Assembly (NCBI GenBank): GCA_044224875.1
Contig: JBGAJQ010000017.1
Coordinates: 1-64,000, forward strand
Reading direction: 5' to 3'
DNA length: 64,000 bases
Source: Gemmatimonadaceae bacterium
Lineage (GTDB): Bacteria; Gemmatimonadota; Gemmatimonadetes; Gemmatimonadales; Gemmatimonadaceae
Shown here: positions 39,597 to 49,741 of the stretch, in pieces
Layout: every line of letters begins with the position of its first letter
How positions within the stretch are numbered: the first letter of the stretch is position 1
Made by a program: the position numbers and the translations under genes
The notes under the pieces: generated by a model
Seen by the model: the letters and a program-made list of their open reading frames with translations, nothing else
The model's database searches: none
Told to the model about the DNA's origin: nothing

Positions 39597-40832
39597 TCCC
39601 AGCAAGGCCATCACCAACCCGCTGCGAATCTTTGGGACGAACCATGTGGACTTGGGTGGCATCAGCTTTCCCTGCAGGCAGACATCGATGAATTGCCGCA
39701 TGGTCACGGCAGGGAGCGTGACCGCCAAGGCCTGGCGTCCGGCATCCACCTCGCCCTGAAGCCAAGCGGCGTCGCGGTTCGCGCCAACAAACGTCAGTCG
39801 TTCGTCGCGCGCATCGTGAACGCCAAGCACGTCGGAGAACAGGAGACGCTGGCAGATGTCCGCGTCGATGTCCTGCGCGGCGTCCGACGGGTCGAAGGTA
39901 CCAGGGAGCGGCCTCAGACGCCACCAACGCGCCCCGTCATAGAGGCCCCACTCGTGGGTTGTCGTCGGCTGCAACGGTGGACCGTCGTACGCGTCGACCG
40001 CGAAGTGCTTCCGGATTCGTGGCAACAGGTCGCCCGGTGGGACGGCGTCGTGGTCGACCAGTCGATTGTACGGTGCGATCGTCATTGTGGGGGCGGGAAA
40101 GAACACGGCGAGGTAATGCTGGTAGCCGAGCATGGCCGCGGCGGCACTGCGGTGGTTACCGTCCGCGACGTACGCCCGCGGCTCGCCGCCGATCAGCCGC
40201 TGAAACTCACGAATGGCCGCAGTGTCCGTGACCACCCACACCCGGTGGTGATTTCCCAGCTCATCGTCCGTTTCGAACGACGGCGCGTGCGCCTTCGCGT
40301 ACGACCCCAGCTCGTGGCGCAGCGCCCCGGAAGCGTCATCGACCGCCAGGTTCACCGTTCCCATGTCGGCACCCGTCGCCTTGGTGAGGTCGGCCCGACC
40401 CCGTGCCTTTGGCTCACGAATGCCTTCGTTGCGAATGATGGTACCTGAACGATTGTCATCCGTTCGGATCTCGGATGTGAGCGCCATCCCACCAATGCCG
40501 ATCTGTGGCGCATCGGCGTGCCCGGGCCGTAGGATCTCGTACACCCACAACATGTTCTGCACGCGGCGTGTTCGCGGACTGGCGACGAGCGCTTGCATCT
40601 CTCTCTTCGCGTGCGCCAACGCCTCGGGTCCGCCGTCGTCGCCGATTTGCTCAACGGACTTCACATGACAGTGAGGCATCGTCGCACGCAACACGGATTC
40701 CGGACGCGACTGCAGCAGCTCCCAGACTTCAGCGTCACTCTGGAATTCATCGTAGTTCGGCGCGCCGAGCGCGTCGGCGGCAGCGGAGTCAACGGGAACG
40801 AGGGCGTTCGGTACGGGGTCGATCCTGGGCAT
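39591..40832 (-). CDS. DUF1015 family protein
   Basis: PNYD, YVADGNHRSAAA, PYNRLV, MPPKSTWF.PK.RSGL, characteristic of DUF1015. Confidence 0.88.
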   Translation of the reverse strand: MPRIDPVPNALVPVDSAAADALGAPNYDEFQSDAEVWELLQSRPESVLRATMPHCHVKSVEQIGDDGGPEALAHAKREMQALVASPRTRRVQNMLWVYEILRPGHADAPQIGIGGMALTSEIRTDDNRSGTIIRNEGIREPKARGRADLTKATGADMGTVNLAVDDASGALRHELGSYAKAHAPSFETDDELGNHHRVWVVTDTAAIREFQRLIGGEPRAYVADGNHRSAAAAMLGYQHYLAVFFPAPTMTIAPYNRLVDHDAVPPGDLLPRIRKHFAVDAYDGPPLQPTTTHEWGLYDGARWWRLRPLPGTFDPSDAAQDIDADICQRLLFSDVLGVHDARDERLTFVGANRDAAWLQGEVDAGRQALAVTLPAVTMRQFIDVCLQGKLMPPKSTWFVPKIRSGLVMALLGL

Positions 40833-40879
40833 GTGCTGAAACGGAGTGAGAGAGCGTCGCGCGAGTGGAAGCGCGACCG

Positions 40880-41041
40880 TTAGGGCAGGTATTCCTTGGC
40901 CCACTTGCGGGCGTAGTACACACCTGCGCCGGTGCCAACGGCGCTGAGCGACACGGCGGTGTAGAGTCCCACGAAGTTGCCAAGCCACCATCCAACGGCA
41001 CCGCCGATCGCTGAGCCGAGCAAGACGATGATCTTGTTCAT
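40880..41041 (-). CDS. Small membrane protein (53 aa)
   Basis: Hand translation MNKIIVLLGSAIGGAVGWWLGNFVGLYTAVSLSAVGTGAGVYYARKWAKEYLP*; starts 2 nt after the cupin stop; below the ORF-track size cutoff. Confidence 0.75.
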   Translation of the reverse strand: MNKIIVLLGSAIGGAVGWWLGNFVGLYTAVSLSAVGTGAGVYYARKWAKEYLP

Positions 41042-41043
41042 GG

Positions 41044-41412
41044 TTAGATCCGAACGCCGTCGGGTGCCGTCAATGTCTCGTGGTGGACGTTACCCGTGTT
41101 TCGCGTCGCCGCCGGTTCAAACAGCAGGACGTGTGCCTCCACGTCGGCCACCGGACGGTGCTCCACGCCCTTGGGCACAATGAGGAACTCCCCGGGCAAC
41201 AGGTGCACCACGTGATCTCGAAACTCGATGCGCATCTCCCCGGACAGCAGGAGGAAGAGCTCGTCCTCGTGCACGTGGTGATGCCAGACGAACTCGCCGT
41301 GCAGCTTCACTAGCTTCACTTCCTGCCCGTTCAACTCGCCAACAACCTTGGGCCGCCAATGCTCCGTGATCTGTGAGAGCTTGTCGGCGAGGCGGACCTT
41401 ATCGAGGGGCAT
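41044..41412 (-). CDS. Cupin domain protein
   Basis: GEFVWHHH..EDELF, PGEF.IVPKGVEHRP, LLFEP..TRNTG. Confidence 0.92.
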   Translation of the reverse strand: MPLDKVRLADKLSQITEHWRPKVVGELNGQEVKLVKLHGEFVWHHHVHEDELFLLLSGEMRIEFRDHVVHLLPGEFLIVPKGVEHRPVADVEAHVLLFEPAATRNTGNVHHETLTAPDGVRI

Positions 41413-41790
41413 GGCGCCTATCGTGAATGGAATGCACAGGCTGAGCGCGGACGATGACCACGGCCGCGTTTGATTGGAAGCGCAAAGGACGGAATGCCGA
41501 AGGAGTCAACGCAAACATTGCTCGGCCGCCGCGAGAATCCGCGCCGTGCCGCATGTACGTGCTTGCCTTCGCTACAGTTAAGTATCAAGGGCGTATGGGG
41601 AGGTCGCCAGAGGGCTGTTCTTCGGAACGGCCCGGATGTTCGAAGCTATATTCGGGGCGTGTGCGCAATCGCGGGAATCTCGATGACGAAACCTGTTGCA
41701 TCCGCGATCGATGCAACCCGGACGGTTCGCAGCGACAAGCAAACACCAGCGGCTCGTCTCGACCACTGACGCATTTGGGGAGGTGGCACT

Positions 41791-42551
41791 ATGGCTCGCA
41801 TCGTACCGTCTGTCCTTCGCCTGGCCATTGCGACGAGCGTGGTCGCCTGCGCGGACGCCTCGTCGCCTCTGGCCACCGCTCCGCTGGCGTCCAAAGAGTC
41901 GGTCGCCAGCTACAATGTCCAGGCATTGCCTATTCCCGCCAATGCGCTGTACGGCGAGGCGAGTGCCATAAATGACGCTGGCATCATCGCCGGTTGGCAT
42001 ACCACGGGAAATGTCTGGTCCGCCGTGGCGTGGAATGCCGCAGGCACCCAACTGCTCGACCTCGGGAAGCTTCCCGGATACCAGTCGGCGCTGGCCAAGG
42101 GCATCAATGCTTCGGGGACCATCGTGGGCTACGTGCTGAGTGCGGGTTTCGCGAGCTCTCGCGCCTTCAGATGGACGCGCACCGGAGGGATGCAGCCACT
42201 CGCCGACCTTGGTGGGACAGGGGGGATCGCGCTGTCCATCAATTCGTCCGGCACGGCGGCAGGTTGGGCGCCGGCATGCGCGCCATCACGCCTATGGGCC
42301 CGAATTCCGAAGCGTACGGCGTGAGTGACCTCAATCGCGTCGTCGGGAAGCGCACCACCAGTGGCGTGCTTGGGCTCACATTCTTTCACAGTGCGGCCGC
42401 TTCACTCCCTGACCTGGCCCCAGCGAAAGGTCCGTTCTCCGCCGCGACGTCAGTCAATCGCTGCGGAACCGCAGTGGGATCGAGTGCGAGTCCGCAACCG
42501 ACAAACGGAAATTCCGTTCCGGTGATCTGGCGTCAGTCGCCCTGCGACTGA
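41791..42551 (+). pseudogene. HAF-repeat beta-propeller lipoprotein, frameshifted and apparently internally deleted near 42270
   Basis: Lipobox VVAC; repeats A.AIN.AG.I.GW, AFRWT..GGM..L..LGG in ORF 41791..42324; C-terminus GVSDL...VNRCG.AVGS...PCD* in another frame. About 100 codons shorter than its two paralogues. Confidence 0.75.
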
Positions 42552-42589
42552 CGCGCCGCTCCTTCTTCGCCGCGCCGTTGATCAAGCCA

Positions 42590-43069
42590 ATGCTCTCGCC
42601 CCCGATCGCAGAGGACGCGCGAGCCGTACGCGAACTCGCCGAGACCGGCGTGCCGACGCGCTACCAACCGGTCCTTCGCGAGCACCTCGAACGAGCGCTG
42701 CATAACACCGATGGCGATGAACGCCTGTTGCTCAGTCGCGATCGCCCGAATGGCGCCATCACGGGATTCGTCCTGTTTGGCGTGGTGCCCGGCACCCTGG
42801 GTGCCGGCCGTATTCGAGGAATCGCCGTGGGCCCGATGGCCAGGCGCCGCGGCGTTGGACGTGCCTTGCTCACGGCCGCCTGCGGGGAGCTGCGGGAGCT
42901 CGGAGCACGCTTCGTACTGGTGGAGCTGCCGGATGACGACGAATCGCGATTCCTCTGGGCGCTTCTGCAAGCCCACGGATTCCGGGAGGAGTCGCGGGCC
43001 GCGGAACTCGTGCGGCCGAATGTCGACATGCGCTACGTGCGCCTTGAACTGGATGGCTCCACCACCTGA
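42590..43069 (+). CDS. GNAT family N-acetyltransferase
   Basis: Motif A IAVGP.ARRRGVGRALL; HGF. Start uncertain. Confidence 0.8.
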   Translation: MLSPPIAEDARAVRELAETGVPTRYQPVLREHLERALHNTDGDERLLLSRDRPNGAITGFVLFGVVPGTLGAGRIRGIAVGPMARRRGVGRALLTAACGELRELGARFVLVELPDDDESRFLWALLQAHGFREESRAAELVRPNVDMRYVRLELDGSTT

Positions 43070-43083
43070 GAGCCGGTAGCGTG

Positions 43084-45792
43084 TTACTCCCGTTGTCGCG
43101 CGAAGACCAGGGTCAGCGGCACGTAGCCATCGGCGTTGGCGTCCCCGGTGGGGAAGGTGATGCCGAGGTTTGCGAAGCCGCGCGCGTCGGGAGGATGCGG
43201 AACCAGCGGCGGCATGGTGGCCGTGCTTGGCAGGATATCGACGCTCATGCGCGTGGCCGCTGGGCCACGGACGCCGAGCTCGTACGATGCGCCCGCCCGA
43301 CCCTCCAGCTGCACCACATACCGGCCACGCTCGTACCGCTCGGAGATCACGCGTAGCGCCGTCGAGCGGTCGCCGATGCGCACCGTGGCCACGGGTGGTC
43401 GCAACTCCCAGCCACCCTTCCATGTCACCAGGAGCCGCACGCGTTCCCGCAGCTTGCCACTCACATGCGGGACGATCGCCCCGGGCAGGTACTCGGTCGG
43501 GCCTGACGCCGCCGACGAGAGCGCGATCGAGTCGGCGCCTAACGGGAGGGCGGGCGCAAAGTCGATGTCGAGCGCCCGCGCGCCAGTGCCTTGCTCGCGC
43601 CATGCCTCGAGGGTCAGGGATCGTTCGCCACGGACGATGCGGAGCGCGATCACCTCGTGCCCGACGCGCACATGCTCCACCCGCAGAGAATCCCACTCCG
43701 GGGGCAGGTGCGGAGCTACGGTAATTCGGCCCGCTGGCGCATCGACGTCCAGTCCAATGAGTCCACGCATGAGCGGAGTCAAGACCATGGACGTGGCAAA
43801 GAACTGGTGCGGCACCGCCGTGTCCAAAGGCTTGTAGAGTCGACCCGACAGCACCTCTGGATTGCGGCCTAACGCCTCATCGAACCCCGTGCGGACGATC
43901 GCATCCAGGGCAAAACGGCCAGCCGGGGCGTTGTGATAGCGGTAGGAGGCCAGCGATACCCATCCGGTCACGAACGGCCACACGGCGCCGTTGTTGTAGT
44001 GAAGGGGATCGAAGAGTGGACTCTGGGCCGACAACGGCCGCGCCCCCCAATCGGTCATGATGTTTGAACTGGCGAGTCGCGCCGCCATCTCGGCGCCGTG
44101 CGCTCGATCAAAGACGTCGAACGACATCGCCGTGGCGGGCCAGGAGGTCAGGTTGTCGTTGACCGCACCCCGTTCCAGGATGGCGAACGCGTATTGACGC
44201 GCACCCGGGAGCCACAACTTCGCCTCGAGTGTCGCCAGCGCCTTCCCACGAATCGCCCGCGCCTCCGCCGCCAAAGCCGGCTCCCGCATCGCCTCCGCCA
44301 TCCGCGCGAATCGTTCCAACGACGCGATCCAGACACCGGAGAGGTACACGTCCGACACAATCCCCGCCTGAAGGTCACCAAGTTCCAGCGCGCCGGCGCC
44401 GGCCAAGGTGTTCTCCATCAACCCGTCACCATCGCTGTCGGCCCGCTTCGACCACTCGAAGGCCTTGCGCACGTTCGGCCACAACTCTCGCACCAACGCG
44501 GTATCCGCGCTCTGCCGCCAATATTCGCCAAACGCGAGGATCCAGAACGGCGTGGTGTCGCCATGGTAGAACGCGTACGGATAGGCGCCAAACCAATCGA
44601 TCTTGCCCGCGCCCTGCGAGATCTCGTGCGTGATCTTTCCATCAGCGCGTTGGTACTTCGCAAAAAAGCGAAATGCACCATCACGCACGAGGTCGTGCTG
44701 GCCCACCGAGGACATGGCAAAGGAGTTGATCGACGCGTCCCCGCCGAAAAACCACCCGAATCCCGGACGATCGCTGGCGCCACCGGACAGGCCATACCCA
44801 GCGACCAACCCACATCCGAGATCGGGGTTGCAGACCATGGCATCGTCCAGGTTCACCTTGGCCCATTCCACGGCCCGGTTCAACCGCTCGTCAGGCGAAA
44901 CAACCGACACACCCTGTGCACGAATGGAGTCGGCGTGCGCGACGCGACGCTGCCACTCCCGTTCCGCCGCCCGTGGCGCGCTGAGTGCCGCGTACAAGGC
45001 CCGCACGGAGTCCCGCGACACCTCACCCCCCGCCAGCACGATGGGGATGTACGCCGTCCGCACATTCACGTTCTTCCCGGGCGGCTCGCCGAGTCGTGGC
45101 TCCGTGTATCGCTCGCTGGAACTCCCGACACCGATCACGATCTGCGGTGGTGCCGCGGCGAGCATATGCGCTGGCACGTCGGAGGCTTGCGTCACGGCGG
45201 GCGAACCGAGCAATGCGTTGACCTTGCGACGACTCTCGGAGAAGATGAACGCCTTGTCTTCGTTGCTCCAGGCGACGTACTGGCCACCGAGCGACGCGGG
45301 CCACGCAAAATGAATGTCGGGTGTGAACGTGGCGATGATCTCCATCGGCCGAATGGCGTCCACTTCCAGCAAAATGATCGTCGCCGGCAGATTCAACGGT
45401 GTAAAGACGTGCTGCTTCACCGTGAACGTCTCGTACGCGTACTCGATGGTGAACCCTTCGGGCCTGACGCTCACATGGCGTGCAACGTCCCGGCCGGCCA
45501 ATGGGGTCGTGTATTTGGGAACACGAAACGAGAGTTGCAGGTCGTGGAGCCACTTGATCGGCCAGGACCACAGCTCCAACCGCCCGTCTTCCGTACCCAT
45601 CGCGATGCTTCGTCGGCCCACGGCGGCCAGGTACGTACCCGGGCGGACATCGCCATTGAGCTCAATCGGCGAGCGACCGCGGTCGAACCAGCGGACGGTG
45701 CCCGGTGCTTCCTGTGCGACGAGTCGAGTCGTCGTGGGAAGGAGCAGCGCCAGTACGGCGACCGACAGATCCCGACGTAGCGAATGGTACAT
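43084..45792 (-). CDS. Secreted amylo-alpha-1,6-glucosidase-like (alpha/alpha)6 glycoside hydrolase
   Basis: Signal peptide; RPGFGWFFGGD, YQRADGKITHEISQ, HGDTTPFWI, DSDGDGLMEN, YNNGAVWPF.TGW, PEVLSG. Confidence 0.8.
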   Translation of the reverse strand: MYHSLRRDLSVAVLALLLPTTTRLVAQEAPGTVRWFDRGRSPIELNGDVRPGTYLAAVGRRSIAMGTEDGRLELWSWPIKWLHDLQLSFRVPKYTTPLAGRDVARHVSVRPEGFTIEYAYETFTVKQHVFTPLNLPATIILLEVDAIRPMEIIATFTPDIHFAWPASLGGQYVAWSNEDKAFIFSESRRKVNALLGSPAVTQASDVPAHMLAAAPPQIVIGVGSSSERYTEPRLGEPPGKNVNVRTAYIPIVLAGGEVSRDSVRALYAALSAPRAAEREWQRRVAHADSIRAQGVSVVSPDERLNRAVEWAKVNLDDAMVCNPDLGCGLVAGYGLSGGASDRPGFGWFFGGDASINSFAMSSVGQHDLVRDGAFRFFAKYQRADGKITHEISQGAGKIDWFGAYPYAFYHGDTTPFWILAFGEYWRQSADTALVRELWPNVRKAFEWSKRADSDGDGLMENTLAGAGALELGDLQAGIVSDVYLSGVWIASLERFARMAEAMREPALAAEARAIRGKALATLEAKLWLPGARQYAFAILERGAVNDNLTSWPATAMSFDVFDRAHGAEMAARLASSNIMTDWGARPLSAQSPLFDPLHYNNGAVWPFVTGWVSLASYRYHNAPAGRFALDAIVRTGFDEALGRNPEVLSGRLYKPLDTAVPHQFFATSMVLTPLMRGLIGLDVDAPAGRITVAPHLPPEWDSLRVEHVRVGHEVIALRIVRGERSLTLEAWREQGTGARALDIDFAPALPLGADSIALSSAASGPTEYLPGAIVPHVSGKLRERVRLLVTWKGGWELRPPVATVRIGDRSTALRVISERYERGRYVVQLEGRAGASYELGVRGPAATRMSVDILPSTATMPPLVPHPPDARGFANLGITFPTGDANADGYVPLTLVFARQRE

Positions 45793-45855
45793 GGCAATTC
45801 CTGACACGGAGGTAGTGTCAGGAATGTAGAACGCGTCAGCGGTGTGTCGAGCGTC

Positions 45856-47830
45856 CTATCGGGCCATGGTCCCCCGCCAGGACAACGACGCGAACAGCTG
45901 ACGTCCGGTGTACCCTGGCCACGACACGCCGAGCTGCTTGTCGAAGAGATTCGTGACACCAATCGAGGCTTCGAGATCGCCGGGAAGAGATCGTGTGATT
46001 CGCGCATCTGAACGAGCGTACGCCGCGCGCTCCGTCGTGCCGCCAGCCGCCGAGCGATCGATTGGCGTACGACCCACCCAGGCACTGGTCAGCGAGGCAC
46101 GCAGGCCCGCGACCAAGGGGCCGTCCGCGGTGAGCCGCAAGGTCGATGCAGGGCGTCCAAGCAATGGAAGCCCGGTCGCGTTGTCCTTGGTGTGCGTCCA
46201 CGCCGCGGAGCCGTCCAGGCGCCAGCGACCCACGAACACGCCAGCTTCACCCTCTATCCCGCGTGTCTGACCGCGGTCGATGTTCCCATAGGTGTACACG
46301 CCAGCCGCGTCCGGAGCGCCGAATTCGATGAAGTTGCGATAGTCGTTCGCGAACAGCGACGCATGTGCATACACCTCGGCGCCATCCCACTCGAAGCCTA
46401 ACGATATCGACGTCGATTCTTCCGGCTTGAGGTCTGCATTGCCGCGAACGGCATAGCCGGCGGACGCGTTGACGAAATCGTAGTACAACTCCTTGAAGTC
46501 CGGGGCACGAAAACCCCGTCCGGCGGTGGCGCGCAATGCGAGGCTCGGATAGGGACGCCACATCGCCGCCAATCGCGGCGCGACGAACTGACCCCACCGG
46601 TCGCTCGAGGTGACGCGCACCCCCGGCGAGAGTTGGACGGCACCCAAGGTCGTGGCGACCTGCACGAAGGGCTCGACCGACCGGATTCTCGTCACGTCAG
46701 CCACAACACGGTCGGCGGATATCTGTTCTTGCCGGACATCGATCCCGGCATCGACAGCACCGGCGCGGGTCGGCCGGCTGTACAGCAAGGAAGCCGTTCC
46801 CAGGGTCTGCAGGTCCTTGGCCCCCGAATCGGCAACCGGTTCGCCAAGGGTACTGGCTCGTGACAGGTGGTCGAATCGCGAGAGGGCGAGCGAACTCGTC
46901 AGGCGTCCGCTTCCCACCGCAATCACGCTCGTCAGGTGCGACGCTAGCTGGGTGTTGTCGGCGAAGTGGAAGAGCTGTCCGGTTCGGTACCGTTGGCGCT
47001 CGCCGATCCACAGGGTCCCAACCTCGTAGCGGTGCGACGAGTCGGGCTCCCACCGCAGCGTACCGTTCGCATCCCAGCGCCGCGCCAGCGTACCGGCATC
47101 GCCGGCCACGCCTGGCGTCAGGTCGATCCCTCGGTGTCCGCCATTCACGATCGCTGACCATTCGCCGTGTCGCCAACCAGCCTCACCCGCCACCTCGCGC
47201 CGCCCGACACTGCCAACCGTCGACTGCAACGCACCGGTGAAAGCGTCCTGCTCCGGCGGTCGCCGGGTGATGATGTTGATGACACCGCCAATGGCGTCGG
47301 AACCATAGAGCGTCGATTGGGGCCCTTTGACGACTTCGATGCGTTCGACCGCCCCGAGGGGAAGGCGCGACAGGTCGAAGTTGCCATTGAGCCTCCCCGT
47401 CATTGGTTGCCCATCCAGCAGTACGAGCACCCGACGGGAGTCGAATCCGCGGATCTGCGCGCCGGCACCCGCCGGCACGCCACCATCGAGTTGAATGCCA
47501 GCGCGTTCCGTGATCGCCGAAGCCACGTCACTAGCGCCCGACGAGTGTGGATACGCTTTCCGGGTGTACGGTCGCCACCAACTGCGAAGGCACAAAGCCG
47601 GGGAAGCGGATGTGAATCGTCCGCTGACCCGGCCGAACCCCGTCGAATCGATAGGCGCCTTGTTCGTTGGCGCGCACTCGGCGCGCGCTGTCGAGCATGA
47701 CCTCGGCCGCCACCGGGATGCCCGTCGTGGCATCCCGGATGTGGCCGGCGATGACGCCTGTCCCCTGGGCGGTGGCGTTGCCAGCCACCGTGGCCACGAG
47801 GACGACGCCGAACCATCGCCGCGTTCGCAT
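45856..47830 (-). CDS. TonB-dependent receptor (CirA/HmuR-like), split near 47540 by a frameshift with apparent deletion
   Basis: Signal peptide plus carboxypeptidase-like domain (47531..47830), then in another frame the plug IRG....VLVLLDG...VERIEVVKGPQSTLYGSDAIGGVINIITR, GFRAPDFKELY, GNADLKPE, NLFD. Confidence 0.85.
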
Positions 47831-47833
47831 CGT

Positions 47834-48806
47834 CTATCGGAGTTTTCGGTACCGGATCGAGATCTGGCGCGAGGCCCCATTGGTACCGTAGTAGCCCGTC
47901 AGCTGCACTTTGTAGACGGCGTTCCCCTTCTTCAACAAGTAGACATTGAAGGTCGGCCAGATCTGGTTGTCGCTGCCGGTGATGTTGTACTTGTACCACT
48001 TGTTGGTGCTGAACACACCGCCGAACTCGTCGGTGCGGTAGGCCTGGACGGGTGCCGTGGCCGCGTAGGTGGCGTCGATCGAGCCGAATGGCGTGGAATT
48101 GTCCGGCACGGCCATCACGCCACCGCTGCCGCTCACTCCGCCGTTCACCTTGATCGCGTAACCGCTGAAGGCGATGTCCCACTGCGCCGCCGTCGAGACG
48201 GCTCCGGCGGCGAGGTCGAAGTAGACCGGGTTCGCGCCGACCGTCACCGTCTTCGTCTGCACCGCGCCGAAAGCCGACCCTGTCGACGGCTGCAACGCAT
48301 ACTCGAACGTCACGGACCCCGGACTCGTCGTGGTCGCCCCCTGGATCGCCGTCACACGGAACTTCCCAAGGATGACGCTGGTGGTTCCCTTGCGAATGAT
48401 CCACGCCAGCGATGGAGTGACGGACACGCCCGGCGCGGCCCCGCTATACCACCCCGCGATCACCGGCGAGAGATTGTCCGCCTTGAATGATCCATCGGCC
48501 GGAATCTCGGTGGCGGTCACGGCGTCGAAGGCCGCCAGTTGGTTGTCGGGCGTCATGGCTTGCAGCTGCGCGGCGCTGGCCTGGGAATTCTGGCAGATGC
48601 AGTAGCCAGCCACTGACCCCGGACCTGCCACGCCGCCATTCAATGAAACCGGCTGGATCGCCGAAGGCGACGTACGCAAACTGTTGTGAGGCGTCGACCG
48701 TCAGGGTCTGCGTGGTCGGTGTGGGAGCGGGGGCGGTGGAATCGGTTCCGCACGCTGCCGCACCCATCAGCCACAGCGGGAACCCGAGCCTAACGAACGA
48801 TCGCAT
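47834..48806 (-). CDS. HmuY-like lipoprotein with two HmuY-type repeats, frameshift/deletion near 48650
   Basis: Lipobox AAAC; TLTVDAS...YV; LNGG..GPG; VYFDL..G.V....WDIAF....IKVNGGVSGSG; WYKYN, VYLLK....YKVQLTGYY...ISIRY. Lies directly upstream of a TonB receptor. Confidence 0.72.
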
Positions 48807-49066
48807 ACTGGAGACCTCCGGTCGCCGCTCGTCGCCCGCTCGTTGCGCGCGTCGCCCGACGAATGCCCATGTGAGTGAGGTTGATGCCGAACAACGCGTT
48901 CTCGAACGACGCATCGGTATCGCCAAACCGAGTTGTCGCTCCAACGACGCCAGCGGCATCGGGCCCCAAGGGCGCGAGAATGGAGAGGCAGGCCACCGGA
49001 TTCGGCATGCGAGGAGTATTGACGACTCCGCCGCTACTGCCCATTCGGACTTCTACGTACGGGGTA

Positions 49067-49741
49067 CTACGGAGCCCCGTCCCCGCGGAGGAGGCCAGCT
49101 TCGATCGCGAATCGCGTAAGTGCTGCTGGCGAGCGAAGTTGGAGCTTTCGCATGAGCGAGTCGCGATGCGACTCCACGGTCCGGACCGAGATCCCCAACG
49201 CCGCGCCGATTTCCTTGTTCATTTGGCCGCGCGCGATCCCCTGCAACACCTCGCGCTCGCGGTTGGTCAGTTCGGCCAAGGCCGCGGCGGACGACGCCGT
49301 TCCCGCGGCTGGCGTGGAGGCGCGCAGCGCATCCGTCAGGTGGCGCGCCACGCCCGGACTGAAATACGCATCGCCACCGTGCACCGCGCGCACCGCCGCA
49401 CGCAGGTCGGCGGGGGTGGTGTCCTTGCGCAGGTAGCCGTGAGCTCCCGCCTGCACCCCCTCCAGCACAAACTCGCGATCGTCGTTCACACTCAGCATCA
49501 ACACCCGCACCCGGGGATGCGCATCACGCAGCTGGGCGGCCACCCATAGCCCGGACTCGTCAGGCAGGTTGATGTCGAGCAATACCACGTCGGGTTCTGT
49601 CTCTCCTACGACTTCCAGGGCACGTCGCGCCGTGGCGGCTTCTCCCGTCACCTCGAATCCCGGATCGGCCATCAGGACCTGCCGCACGCCCTCGCGCACC
49701 ACGGCGTGGTCATCGACGAGGACCACTCGAATCGGCGACAT
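49067..49741 (-). CDS. NarL/LuxR family response regulator
   Basis: VLVDDHAVVREG, LLDINLP, GYLRK; HTH LTNREREVL..IA.G..NKEI...L.IS.RTVE.HR..LM.KL. Confidence 0.96.
   Translation of the reverse strand: MSPIRVVLVDDHAVVREGVRQVLMADPGFEVTGEAATARRALEVVGETEPDVVLLDINLPDESGLWVAAQLRDAHPRVRVLMLSVNDDREFVLEGVQAGAHGYLRKDTTPADLRAAVRAVHGGDAYFSPGVARHLTDALRASTPAAGTASSAAALAELTNREREVLQGIARGQMNKEIGAALGISVRTVESHRDSLMRKLQLRSPAALTRFAIEAGLLRGDGAP

Noticed and set aside
48807..49045. Possible cobalamin riboswitch or Fur box before the HmuY-like/TonB genes
   Set aside because: I found no GGGAA...CCCGCAACTGT B12-box pattern and no AT-rich GATAATGAT-like box on either strand.
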